64,000 bases of DNA from Setoptus koraiensis (GCA_048013815.1 CM106586.1:22382001-22446000); one strand, 5' to 3'; positions 1-10,485 are shown, numbered from the stretch's first letter. Notes: generated by a model from the sequence alone, not told the origin. Program-made: numbers and translations.

Positions 1-61
1 TTTCATAGAGTGTTTGTCAGTGGCGGCCCTCTAAACACCTTCTCAGGTAGTCCTAGCTCAA

Positions 62-310
62 GTGTCATTGATAGCCAATTGGAAGGAGTTGATTGTGGTA
101 ACTTCGAATAGATTGATTGGCTTGCAGCAACAACAACAGCGACAACCCACTTCCGGGTTCGTCATACGCGCCGAATTGGGCCCCAATCAGGCCGCTGTGG
201 AACAAAGTCTCGAGATGATCAAAAGCAACATCTATTGGCGAAGTCACATTGAGTCCCGATTCACCAAGTGGCTCGGTCAGTGCGAGGCCATGAACAGAAT
301 CTCCAGGTGA
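62..310 (+). CDS. Probable last coding exon of an M1-family aminopeptidase (aminopeptidase N/ERAP-like C-terminus); gene starts upstream of the window
   Basis: ELGPNQAAVEQSLEMIKSNIYWRSHIESRFTKWL resembles the terminal helices of M1 aminopeptidases (A-V-x-Q-x-L-E-x-I-x-x-N-I-x-W ... W-L). The exon 5' boundary is unresolved. Confidence 0.5.
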   Translation: MSLIANWKELIVVTSNRLIGLQQQQQRQPTSGFVIRAELGPNQAAVEQSLEMIKSNIYWRSHIESRFTKWLGQCEAMNRISR

Positions 311-1334
311 CGCTATCACGAAAAATTGAAGGCAAAACTGAATGGACGAGACAAAATTATCATCGGCAATCGACTGTATGGGTGATTGCTGATGATAGTG
401 TGCCCATGTACAGTTTGCATTCACTACAATAACCGTCAATGTTGGAATTGATAAAGTTACCATGTAAATAGGTGGCAGTGTTAGGCCATGTCAGCATCTG
501 TTACTTGATATTCTCGAGTGGTCCCGCCAGGGTAACTAGCAGCTGAACAAAACATTTTTCTCATGTGAGAAAGCACCTTTGTTTCTGAAATATAGAGATG
601 TGAAACAAGAGATATTTGGTTTTTAGCGCCCAATTCCAATTGAGTAGCGATAGGGTTAGTGATGGTTCATACGTTTATTCGTGTGACTAGTACAATCAAG
701 CTTTTTTTAGGCAAATATAGAACATAGGATGAACGTTATCTCTAAATTCCTCAGCTATCACACATACAATCAACACAGCCAAGGTCGCATGACTCAGTGT
801 CAGATATCAGCTACGTGGGGCGAGACCCATCAGTTGCGCACAGTGACAGGTTATCTTCTGGTACAGGTACTCTTCTGAACGTATCGACCATTCATTTCCA
901 CACAGAAAATAATAAGCGCTCGTGATACTGCTATAATAAGCAAAACTTGTGATATCTTGTTTTGGCGACATCTAGAAACTATCTGCAACAGGCGCTCAGC
1001 ACGTGGGATTCACATTGCAAAGTTTACACAACTATCTATAGATATAACTTGCCATATTCGGCATTTAAACGAAGTCTGAAAAGTGGATCGGCTGTTACAT
1101 GGTCTATATCCAAGAGGTAACATTTGGCTGTTCGCTATATTCATAGAAACAATTGTCCGCAAATAAAAATTTCTTCCTGGATCATTGGAACGAGAAAAAG
1201 GGTTTACAGTGTAAATAGTGGGACTATTCGAATGACCTACTGTCGCTTCTTATTCTGGCACATTCACAAAGGTTCAGAAATATTGAAGCTCAAGATATAA
1301 TTCACCGGAAGGGGACAACAAAACAAGCGCAATA

Positions 1335-1892
1335 ATGATTTATACACTGATTGCCGCGGCTATCTTAATGACAATCATTGTTTACACCAGTCATGAACCA
1401 AAACTTGAACTTCCTGAATGTGATATGTACTCACAAAACTTGGCTCGTAATCGCAGTGAATATGATCCCCTATTTTTGTTCATCAAAGAAAATTGTCCAT
1501 CGAAGGACTTGTTGGCACATATTCTATGGGTTAAGGTTGCGAACTCGCTAACACCCCGATATACGTCTATCATAAACCCCGATCTAAAACGGTACAGACT
1601 TATGAATGAGCAGAAAATGGAACAAATCAGATGGTTGAGTGAGGCAGAGAGTAAAGTATCCGAGTATTACTCTACGGTGGCAGACATGGCTACTCGGCCA
1701 TCAACTGAACCAGAGAGTCTCGTGATTGTTACTGAAATCACCAGATACCCCAGCTCAAGCGCCATCGATGACCTGTTGAAAGAAGTTGATGATGACAATC
1801 TAGAGTCAATTGATCGACTCGCAATGGATTACTTCTGGACGCATCACGAAGATGAGAATATTTTGAAGTTCCTGCGGGTTGCAGTGAATTAA
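1335..1892 (+). CDS. Intronless orphan protein, 185 aa, with an N-terminal signal peptide or signal anchor
   Basis: Clean ATG-to-TAA ORF with protein-like composition. Hydrophobic N-terminus MIYTLIAAAILMTIIVYTS. AATAAA motifs follow at about 1925 and 1945. No family recognised. Confidence 0.6.
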   Translation: MIYTLIAAAILMTIIVYTSHEPKLELPECDMYSQNLARNRSEYDPLFLFIKENCPSKDLLAHILWVKVANSLTPRYTSIINPDLKRYRLMNEQKMEQIRWLSEAESKVSEYYSTVADMATRPSTEPESLVIVTEITRYPSSSAIDDLLKEVDDDNLESIDRLAMDYFWTHHEDENILKFLRVAVN

Positions 1893-2198
1893 AAAGTTTA
1901 TAAATTAGCTTGACACACTTACTTAATAAACTTACAAAACAGATAAATAAAACAGAGAGTGAGACAGGTTGCGAGTTCTTCTGTGATTTGAAGAGAGCGA
2001 CCCCTGGTGCGATATCATCCCGAACAAAAAACGGTTCAAACTTGGCGCGCTCACATTAAATATAAAGAAGAGTTGCAATGAAAATTGACAAGGAACTTGC
2101 TGTGTGATTTATATCAAAACAATTAATATTCACGATGATTATTCTCTCCGCATTGAATCAAGTTTATCTGATTCCCTTTATATTGTGACCGCCATCCT

Positions 2199-3542
2199 AT
2201 GCTAGATCAGTCTGCATTCTTTGCTGTAGCTTCCATGGTGATAATTCTAGTGACAATTTTCAAATTACTATCCTGTGCCTCTTGCCTCAGTAAAAACAAG
2301 AATAAACATACTAGGAAAAATGATCCCGCCGTGGCCGCCACCGAGTGTGACGTCCAACATTTGGCCACCCCAATATTAATTTATCCGAGGCCTTTCTCCG
2401 AGCCTGCCGATCGATCTTATGACACAGTAGATGCTATACAAGAGAGCTCCAGTATTAATCACAATAATAATCATATTAATAATAATAATGATGGTGAAAA
2501 TGACCAACAAATAGCTGCTCGAACAGGATTAACGCCCATACCGGCCAGCATATCCCCGGTGCCCTCCTCATTGATTCAACACCATCCACAACAACAACAA
2601 CAATTACAACAATTACAATCACAGCAACTACTACCACCACATGCAACCAGCAGCGGTAATAATAATATCAATACTATTTCTGTAAATAATAATATTAATT
2701 CATCTGAACAAATTATCCAATCTCAGCAATCAGACACTCGTCAACCCGCTGGACACTCCTACGATATCATCTCAGTTAGGGAGCCCTTGGCTAACGTTCT
2801 GGCAGGTAGATTGAATACTCAAGACGCCACACAAGGAACATCTCGATCAACAAAAAGCACACAAAAGCAAACGTCGGGAGATCATGAATATATCGAAGTA
2901 GATAGTGAGAGGACATCATGTTTCTATGAAGAAATTGCCCTGACTAACAATAATACGACCGGTCCAGTCTATTCTGTAATTGACAAATCAACAAAAAAAT
3001 CAACCATTCCAATCACATTGCCCAGCTCATCGTCACAACGTTCGAGTTCTAGTCCAATTAATGAGCAAAACATTGATCTTCTATATGCAAAGATCGACAA
3101 AGGTGGTGAATCATCTAGGAATGCAATGAAGATGATGGATAGTGATCATCCCACCACCTCTTCTCCTCAACCCCAATTGCCACCTAGGCCGTCTTCCTCA
3201 TCCGTCATGATACCATTATCAAGTAATTCTCAATCAAATGTCACAAGGCAACAGAATAAGCCGCCAGGATATGATCAAATTTATGGTTTAGATGATGACG
3301 AGTCGGAGTGTGATGTAGGTTACGAATTCGTCAGATCAAACACATACCAAGAAATTATCGATGCTGGTTACGAAAAAATTAAAGAACCTGCCAATGCAAA
3401 TAGTTCAACCATGGCTGATTATGGAGGCTATGAAATTGTTCAGCCTGTTTATTCCTCACCCTCTGGAACCCTAGCGGAGCCAAATTACGAAGTTATTAGG
3501 TCTTGCCAACTTGCACCTTCAAATGATGAATCTAATCGGTAG
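2199..3542 (+). CDS. Single-pass transmembrane adaptor-like protein, 447 aa, with PAG1/LAT-type architecture
   Basis: About 5-aa ectodomain, TM helix (approx. aa 6-25), juxtamembrane CASC, basic KNKNKHTRK, then a disordered tail with 12 YxxI/V motifs and a PQLPPRP proline-rich motif. Intronless. Confidence 0.7.
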   Translation: MLDQSAFFAVASMVIILVTIFKLLSCASCLSKNKNKHTRKNDPAVAATECDVQHLATPILIYPRPFSEPADRSYDTVDAIQESSSINHNNNHINNNNDGENDQQIAARTGLTPIPASISPVPSSLIQHHPQQQQQLQQLQSQQLLPPHATSSGNNNINTISVNNNINSSEQIIQSQQSDTRQPAGHSYDIISVREPLANVLAGRLNTQDATQGTSRSTKSTQKQTSGDHEYIEVDSERTSCFYEEIALTNNNTTGPVYSVIDKSTKKSTIPITLPSSSSQRSSSSPINEQNIDLLYAKIDKGGESSRNAMKMMDSDHPTTSSPQPQLPPRPSSSSVMIPLSSNSQSNVTRQQNKPPGYDQIYGLDDDESECDVGYEFVRSNTYQEIIDAGYEKIKEPANANSSTMADYGGYEIVQPVYSSPSGTLAEPNYEVIRSCQLAPSNDESNR

Positions 3543-3867
3543 AAATAACCAAATACAAAACTTGTGTTGAGATACGTCACAATGACATGAAGCCTTCGAC
3601 AAGCAACTATGATATGGTCGCCCTAGAGTTTCGTTATCATGGCTATGAGTAAAAGTTCATCATTAATGTCTGTTTGACCTTAGCTATTATGTAAATGTAT
3701 GCATTAGGTAAAAAGAATAATTCATATGGACACTAGATGAGGAGGGAACTCTTCAATGATAGCGAGCTTTGCTTCAAACTTTTATAAGTCACGCTTATAA
3801 TGAACGGTGATATACTGGTATTCTACAGTTTATTAATCACAGTCAATAAACAAAATCAGATATTGGA

Positions 3868-4671
3868 TCAAGTATCTAGTTCTCTTTTGGCAATTTCTAA
3901 GACTGGTTTCGTAAAATCATTGAACTCATGATGTTCCTCTTGTAAGAATGTCTCATGTAGCTCTCTCCAGGTCATGGCTAACCTGCGGGATTTAATATCG
4001 TGCGGTAAAATGCCGTGCATCCAGTCGTGTCTTGCCTCACCATTGATTATTACTAATGATCGTTCTGGCATTGGTATTATTATCTCATAAGGCGGTTCGC
4101 TAAACTCTTTAGTTAATCTAAGTACAGTAGGAGATAAAAGATTGATAGTTATCAAGCGATCGCCCCAGACCCACTTATCATCGTAATGAGGACGTATGTA
4201 AGAGCTCCTTGTTGGAAGATACTCTAGGTTACATAATTCTACGGGTATAAAGGTACCTAATTGAGAGGGGTATTTTTTCTTCAAAGAGTTGAATAGTTCT
4301 ATGGCGTATTTGGGGAACCCACAAAATTCTCCAACTCTCACTCTTTGTTTCTTGAAGTTTATCTTGGGTCCAAAGTCCTGTTTTATTCTACCCTCCTGTG
4401 ACTCCGACCAACATTTGTAACTATCTATGTTATCGACAAGCTCTATCTCTTGTGATTCAGTTATTACATCTGGTTCTACAAAAACGCCTTGGATGGGCAC
4501 AAACTCGGCCTTCATGTCATCATCATCTGCCATGAAATGGTCCTTGTGATCACTTGATATCCACGCTTTGTCGCCGCATAGTCTACAGAAAATATACCCA
4601 GGCTTGATTGTCTTCTCTATAGCTGATATAGGAACAAGATTGGCACATTCACACATATCTAAATCCGTCAT
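3868..4671 (-). CDS. ALKBH4: Alpha-ketoglutarate-dependent dioxygenase AlkB homolog 4
   Basis: SQEGRIKQDFGPKINFKKQ, PVELCNLEY, HYDDKWVWGDRLITINLLSPTVL and ARHDWMHGI match ALKBH4. The HxD...H triad is intact. Intronless, 267 aa. Confidence 0.95.
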   Translation of the reverse strand: MTDLDMCECANLVPISAIEKTIKPGYIFCRLCGDKAWISSDHKDHFMADDDDMKAEFVPIQGVFVEPDVITESQEIELVDNIDSYKCWSESQEGRIKQDFGPKINFKKQRVRVGEFCGFPKYAIELFNSLKKKYPSQLGTFIPVELCNLEYLPTRSSYIRPHYDDKWVWGDRLITINLLSPTVLRLTKEFSEPPYEIIIPMPERSLVIINGEARHDWMHGILPHDIKSRRLAMTWRELHETFLQEEHHEFNDFTKPVLEIAKRELDT

Positions 4672-4697
4672 GATTGAAGAGAAGTTTGCGCCAACCT

Positions 4698-4871
4698 CTA
4701 AGGTTCTTTTTTTGGAGATTGTCTTTGTTCCAGTTTTATCTTCAACCTTTCTTGATCGCGATAAATTCCTTCCCTCATGGATTTTCTCTCATTTTCTTGT
4801 TGTAAGTGTACTCCAATAATGATGCCAGAGGACACCAGACATATAACTCCTATAAGAATTTTGTTGGACAT
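4698..4871 (-). CDS. PET117: Cytochrome c oxidase assembly factor PET117 homolog, 57 aa
   Basis: MSNKILIGVICLVSSGIIIGVHLQQENERKSMREGIYRDQERL matches the PET117 pattern (S-K-x-x-L ... GVH-x-x-Q ... R-x-G-V/I-x-RD-x-ER). ATG at 4871 is preferred over the TTG start in the ORF track. Confidence 0.85.
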   Translation of the reverse strand: MSNKILIGVICLVSSGIIIGVHLQQENERKSMREGIYRDQERLKIKLEQRQSPKKEP

Positions 4872-5730
4872 TATTTGATCAATGTAGCGTGTCAAGTAGT
4901 AAGTTTAGACAGAAGTCTGAAAGATTCCATTGGGAGATTTGTTTCTTTCGTGACTAAGTGCTTCGCCAAACGGGCGTGAGAGGCACTCGCAACGTTACAA
5001 CACAAGTGTATCGCCGAATGCTTCAATTGTTGTGTTGATCGTAAAACTTCAACACCAACTGTGCCAGAACAGCTCACTCGAATCTGTTGTGCACATCGCG
5101 CTTACACTAGAATCTGATCAGCGCCTCTCTCGAGTAATTATTGAACTGCAAGAAAAAACTCACACAGTACGAATTGTATAACTGAAACGTGGATATCCAC
5201 ATTAGTCAGACCATCTGACTCAGATGTTTCCTATACAAACTTCAATCATTGGAGATCAATGATTGTTTTTTCAAAGTATCTAGAATAGAATTTTCTCTGC
5301 TGCTTGCCCAAACACGCCCCCTCTCTACAATCTAAACGTGACAAGAGCCCTGCTACCCGGGGTATTTAAATAATGCCTACTGGGCACGACAAGCCAGATA
5401 TGCAATTGTTCTCATGTGTGTATTTTCCTGCTTATGATCGCATAAATCACGTTTCCACCATCAGACAATCTTTCGACATAGACTTTGATTGGGTTGCAAT
5501 AATTCTATTATTTAATCTATAGTTCACAATTGAATTCAGGATATGAGGACTATTTTCTCAATCACATCGTTTTCGTCCTCAACTATTTGTAATCCAATAG
5601 ATTCTGACATTTAGATTAGTCATTAGCATCCGTTAATAATTCTATATAAGAGTTTGAAATTCCTGTACCAATATCAAAAAAATATATTTGTTTGTTCAGC
5701 AACCTAGGAGAAATTCATAATTAAGAGACA

Positions 5731-7473
5731 ATGGCTTTAAACTGGCACGAGTTACTAAGATCAGCGCCACACGAGCTTAGAATATCTGGACCCAAGCATT
5801 CAAGCCAAATTGAAGAAGAGAAAGGACTCAATGATATTGTCTACAGAATGTACTCACTCAATTTTATGGAGGTCAGTAAGACAACATTGTACACCATTTC
5901 GGATAGAATCAAAGAATTGGAAAATTTAACGGCTCTCATGCTGTACGACAATAAATTGACATCGATACCCAGAGAGATTGGTCGTTTGAAGAAACTCAAG
6001 ACATTGGATATATCCAACAATCAGATAAAAGTTTTGCCATCGGAGCTGGGCCAATTGTCTGAGTTGCAATCTTTTAACATGATCAACAATCAAATATCGC
6101 AATTGCCCAAAGACCTGTCTAAATGGTCCAATCTTATAGTTATAAAGTTCAGTCACAATCATTTTGACCAATTCCCAGCTTCTTTGTGCAATCCAGCTCT
6201 CAAGCAACACCTATTGGAGATACATGGGACAGACAACAAAATAGCTGATATACCAGATGAGATCGGTCAATTGTCGGCACTGAAAGTATTTGATCTCTCC
6301 AACAACAAAATATCGATGGTGCCTGGTGAGCTGGCCGATTGCTCCAAGATAAAAACTTTGTCTCTCCAAGGTAATCCAATCAAAGATAATCGCTTGTTGA
6401 AACTGATCGAAAGAAACCCTGCTAAACAGATTATGCAATATATCGCCAAAAATAATGCTCGTGGCGCTGGTGCAGCTAAAAAACAAAGTTCGGACAACAC
6501 TAATTCAGCGGAGAGCGGTGGCGATGATGCGGTGGAGTTAACAGCTACTAAACAAACTGAATCCGCAGCTGTGGCTGCTCCCCCTCCACCGAGGCGCAAA
6601 AACGAGCCAGCACTTATCGGAACGATAGAGATACTAGCGGTCGCTCCAGATAACTGGTTCATAATCAATGCAGAGAGTGCCATACTAGAGGATCGTAAAA
6701 TCGTAGCTTGTATTGTGAGAAATTTGAATCTCCTCGACGAGAAAGTTTTGAAAAAATTCATATCTTTACAAACTACTATTCACGATACTGTATGTGGTCG
6801 GCGAGAACTTTCAACAATAGCCACTCATGACCTATCTAAAATTGCTCCAAGAATTAAGTTGACCAAAATGTTGCCGCATCGAATAAAAATTGAACCTCTG
6901 AATCGCGGAGGAAAAATCATGACCGGCTCAGAGCTTTATAAGACTCTGAACCAAGAAGCTGAAGCTTACAGGAAGGAAAAGAAGAGAAGTAATTACAGCG
7001 GAATACATAGATATTTATACTTGTTGAAGGATAAGACCCACTATCCAGTAGTCGTAGATGCAAACAACGTAGTTATAACCTTACCACCTTTAACGAATGG
7101 GGAATCTACAAAGGTATAGTTGAAATTTTTATTGATTTCTAATTGATTTTTGCTATCGACTTATAGTAATCAACCTTTTCTCACTCATTCATAATATTTA
7201 CAGATCACCTCTGCTACACGAGATGTACTCATCGAAGTTACTGGTTCAAAAACCCCTAACTGTAAGAAGGCTTTGGATACCCTTTTACACGATATGTTGA
7301 AGATGGAGTTCGATGCCTCCGGTCCAGACCCACAGACGGGGCTCCCTTCACTGAAAGTTGAACCTGTTAGGGTTGTCAGGAGTGATGAGGAGGATAAATT
7401 GTTCTGTGTATATCCGTCAAAAGTTGATCTAATTTTAGACGACATCAATATAGTAAGACACTTCAATGGATAA
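5731..7473 (+). CDS. LRRC47: Leucine-rich repeat protein 47 (LRRs plus PheRS-beta B3/4-like domain), 550 aa; exons 5731-7113 and 7204-7473
   Basis: N-terminal LRR array, then FISLQTTIHDTVCGRRELSTIATHDL and VITLPPLTNGESTK. A 90-bp phase-0 GT-AG intron (7114-7203) joins in frame to ITSATRDVLIEVTGS...VYPSKVDL. Confidence 0.92.
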
Positions 7474-8181
7474 TGAAGCCATCATGCAGGAAACATTAAA
7501 GATTCTAGATCGATTGATTCCGATTCTCTTTTGTTTTCTACTTCGGATTACCACAAAAAAGTTATGAGTATTCTAAATGTATCTCTGTCTGTTCCTAATA
7601 GACAGGACTATATACCGACTAGAAATTCAATAATAAATATTATACGATAACAGTTATTCCTTCATCATAGGCCAAATTAACTAAACGATGCTCCGTCGTG
7701 ATCGCATTTATTTCGACTGCAATTCTTGTGGAATTTTGACATTTCTCATTGATTTGATTCTCAGAAATGGCATCTGACAATATCAGAGTGTGGTTTACAT
7801 TTAGCTCATGGCGAAATTCACAACCTTGCACCTGACATAAAGGCCGTACTATGTAAGTTATTGTCTGCTAAACTCTGTTTCTCCGTGCTTGGACAGGTAA
7901 CAATGAGCTATGTTGAGAATCCTTCGTTTTTGCATCATTCTGGTTATTTTCTGGTTGTTTTGAAAGTTCGAAAAGTTGAAAAATATTCAATTCGAATTTT
8001 GGCGCCCGATCTATTCTAGGGAAATCAGTTGTTCTTTCCCCCGTGTTTTTATTCAAAGTAGCGACCGTATGTGTTTTGCTGATTAAACCATTCTCCCACA
8101 TTGTGGATGGTATACTTTCATATCATATCGTCATCCTACCGACCTATTAGACACATCGGGTATCAAAACTATATCACAAAC

Positions 8182-8799
8182 ATGTCTCAATACGAGGAAA
8201 TTAAACTATTCAGGTTGCCCAGCGAAAGGGAAAATTATGACAATTTAGCGGATTGTTACTCAGTATTAAACACCATACAACACTTGGAGAAGGCCTACAT
8301 TAAGGACGCCATCACATCAACGGAGTACACCGCCGCTTGTTCAAAATTATTGTGTCAATACAGAGCTGCATTCAAACAAATCGATAAACAATTTTCGTCA
8401 TGCGAACAATTTCTGAGAAAATATCGTTTCGAGTGTCCAGCCGCCTTGGAGAGAATACGCGACGATCGTCCAATCACTATCAAAGATGACAAAGGTAACA
8501 CTCACGCTTGTATTGCCGATATTGTTGCAGGCTTTATTACCGTACTAGACAAATTGAGATTAGGCATCAAGTCTATGGATGACCTGCTACCAGATCTACG
8601 CGAATTGCACGAACTTATGGGCCGCCTAACTCTTATACCCACCTCCTATGAGGGTACCAAGCGTGTTAATAATTGGATTGCGACTATGTCGACAATGAGC
8701 GCCAGTGATGATCTGGATGAGACACAAGTGAGACAGATGACATTCGATTTGGATACATCATTTCAAGAATTTAGCAAAATGTTGAAGCAAGACAGTTAA
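8182..8799 (+). CDS. VPS28: ESCRT-I subunit VPS28
   Basis: ERENYDNLADCYSVLNTIQHLEKAYIKD, EYTAACSKLLCQY and QVRQMTFDLDTSF. ATG at 8182 fits the family length. Intronless. Confidence 0.95.
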   Translation: MSQYEEIKLFRLPSERENYDNLADCYSVLNTIQHLEKAYIKDAITSTEYTAACSKLLCQYRAAFKQIDKQFSSCEQFLRKYRFECPAALERIRDDRPITIKDDKGNTHACIADIVAGFITVLDKLRLGIKSMDDLLPDLRELHELMGRLTLIPTSYEGTKRVNNWIATMSTMSASDDLDETQVRQMTFDLDTSFQEFSKMLKQDS

Positions 8800-8859
8800 T
8801 AAATAAACAATCTTTTTACATGTCAGATCTTCGATAACATCTATAGCTATCATTTTTCA

Positions 8860-9300
8860 TTTGCTGATTGACATGTCCAGTTGCTTCGTCGAGAATATTG
8901 CGATTGTTGCGTTTCTTTTCCATATTCTTTTTTGAAGTTTCATACGATTTTGAATAAATATTGATGGGGCAGTTCGCATCCACCAGTACCATTGTGGAGG
9001 AAGAGCCAAAAATTGTCGAACATATTATTAGAATGTGAGCTGTTGTGAGCAATTCTCTGCTGAGAACTCCTTTTCTAAAAATCTGAAAAATTGGGGGCTC
9101 TTTCAAGGAAAAGGCCCATCGTCTAATACATCTACAATCAACATCTTTGGTATGCCTCTCAGAGTCCCAAAGCTTAGTTGAATCAGTCACCCAAGGATTG
9201 GACGGAATGGGTGTGGTGATAAAAGGGTCATATTCCATCAGCCCATTGTTGGAAATAACTCAGATAGGATTGCGTTACTTTGGACATTTTTACGCCACCT
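8860..9300 (-). mobile_element. Possible decayed Ty3/Gypsy-type integrase relic (frameshifted)
   Basis: Minus-strand motifs occur in integrase order across frames: GGVKMSKVTQSY (cf. GIVKMKxLARSY), PIPSNPW (cf. PxPxxPW), MLIVD (cf. LIVVD), IFQIFRKG (cf. IFARHG), RNILDEATG (cf. RNTPHSTTG). Recognised by eye only. Confidence 0.4.
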
Positions 9301-9431
9301 ACAATGTTTTGGTCACTTTGTCTATTCCTGAGGCTATCACAACTTTCATACGTTTTCAGAGTATATTGACGATTAAATTTTGTTTCGTAACTCACATCCA
9401 TCTCATAAATCAATACTGCATTAATTTAAAC

Positions 9432-9558
9432 TCATTGTCTAGATCTTTGCGTGACTTTGCTAAATCAATGTGCTCACGTGTTGATCCGTTCCATGGCAAG
9501 TCGGAAATCAACTCTTAATAACTTTGCATCATAGCGTATTCAGGCATATGACTGGCAT
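9432..9558 (-). pseudogene. About 127-bp copy of an internal LONP2 coding segment (source 19359-19486)
   Basis: Direct comparison shows 4 substitutions and a 1-bp deletion. One substitution turns a Leu codon of SYLELISDLPW into TAA. Confidence 0.92.
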
Positions 9559-10464
9559 CACTCCAATGGTTTCAACTTCAGAGTTAAGCTCGCTTGCACA
9601 ATTGTGACACAACGATGACAATCAATACAAATCGCATGCTTTTCCACATGTACGATTGATGACCTGTTAACATGTTAGAGTGTTGTTATTAAGAATATTC
9701 TTAGATTATCCTGAAGAAAACTAGTTGATATTCTAGCGAAACGAACAACTGTAGCTAACTACAAGCTAGACGGGCTTGTAGTTAGCTATTAGTTGAAATG
9801 TGAGAAAAAGTTGGAACGAGTAACAAAATCAAATGAATACTCACTTTTCATTATCAAAAGGAGACGCAACCTTTTGCGCTCTGAAATCACTAAAAGCGAA
9901 TTGTTTCAACTACAATAAATTGTGCAAATGTGGATGCACTTGTCTGATATCAATTATCATATGACACAGTAAACAGCAAATTGTGCTCTTTACGACTCAT
10001 TGAATCGTGATACAAGCCAATCTAAGAAAGTGCTTTCGCGATTCTGCTCTGCTGATGTTGCATAACTCATAGAACAAGTCTGAGATTGATAAATAGTATT
10101 CAAGTATATCTGATAGAAACATTTTGCGGAGACGTCTCGTGACAATTCATTCTCTTGGCTCTTTCATTCGTCGAATAACATCTCGTGTGGCCCGATATTA
10201 CTCTTCAAACTTGACTTACGTATGATGGACAGTTGGAATCTATTCTCGCTGTCAAGAACTTCATCGTCCTGCTGATAGAAAATCATACAACAACTGGTAA
10301 GTGGTAGCGTTAAAGTTTTTTTTGCGCCATGAAATCAAGTTTTCGGGTTAACTTATGAGTAATTATCGAAGCGATGACAGTGCAAATCATGTTGATGATG
10401 TAACAAGTGCATCTATAGTGAGAAAGTATCACCAACGACTCATTAGAACTAGCGAACGGTGAAT

Positions 10465-10485
10465 ATCTGGCGCGCCAGATGGCAG
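10465..10485. promoter_or_regulatory. Perfect 16-bp palindrome overlapping a CTCF-like motif
   Basis: ATCTGGCGCGCCAGAT (10465-10480) is self-complementary. GCGCCAGATGGCAG fits the CTCF core AGRKGGCR. It lies where the gene-dense block gives way to the microsatellite-rich tract. Confidence 0.35.

Noticed and set aside
65-463. 132-aa minus-strand ORF
   Set aside because: Antisense to the aminopeptidase-like exon, GTG-type start, no recognisable motifs.
7640-8101. Two minus-strand ORFs (77 and 63 aa) between LRRC47 and VPS28
   Set aside because: No family similarity, no convincing splice donor linking them, and the first ATG is only 81 bp from the VPS28 ATG. A small gene cannot be fully excluded.
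8101-8181. 27-aa N-terminal extension of VPS28 in the ORF track
   Set aside because: TTG start; the family alignment begins at the ATG at 8182.
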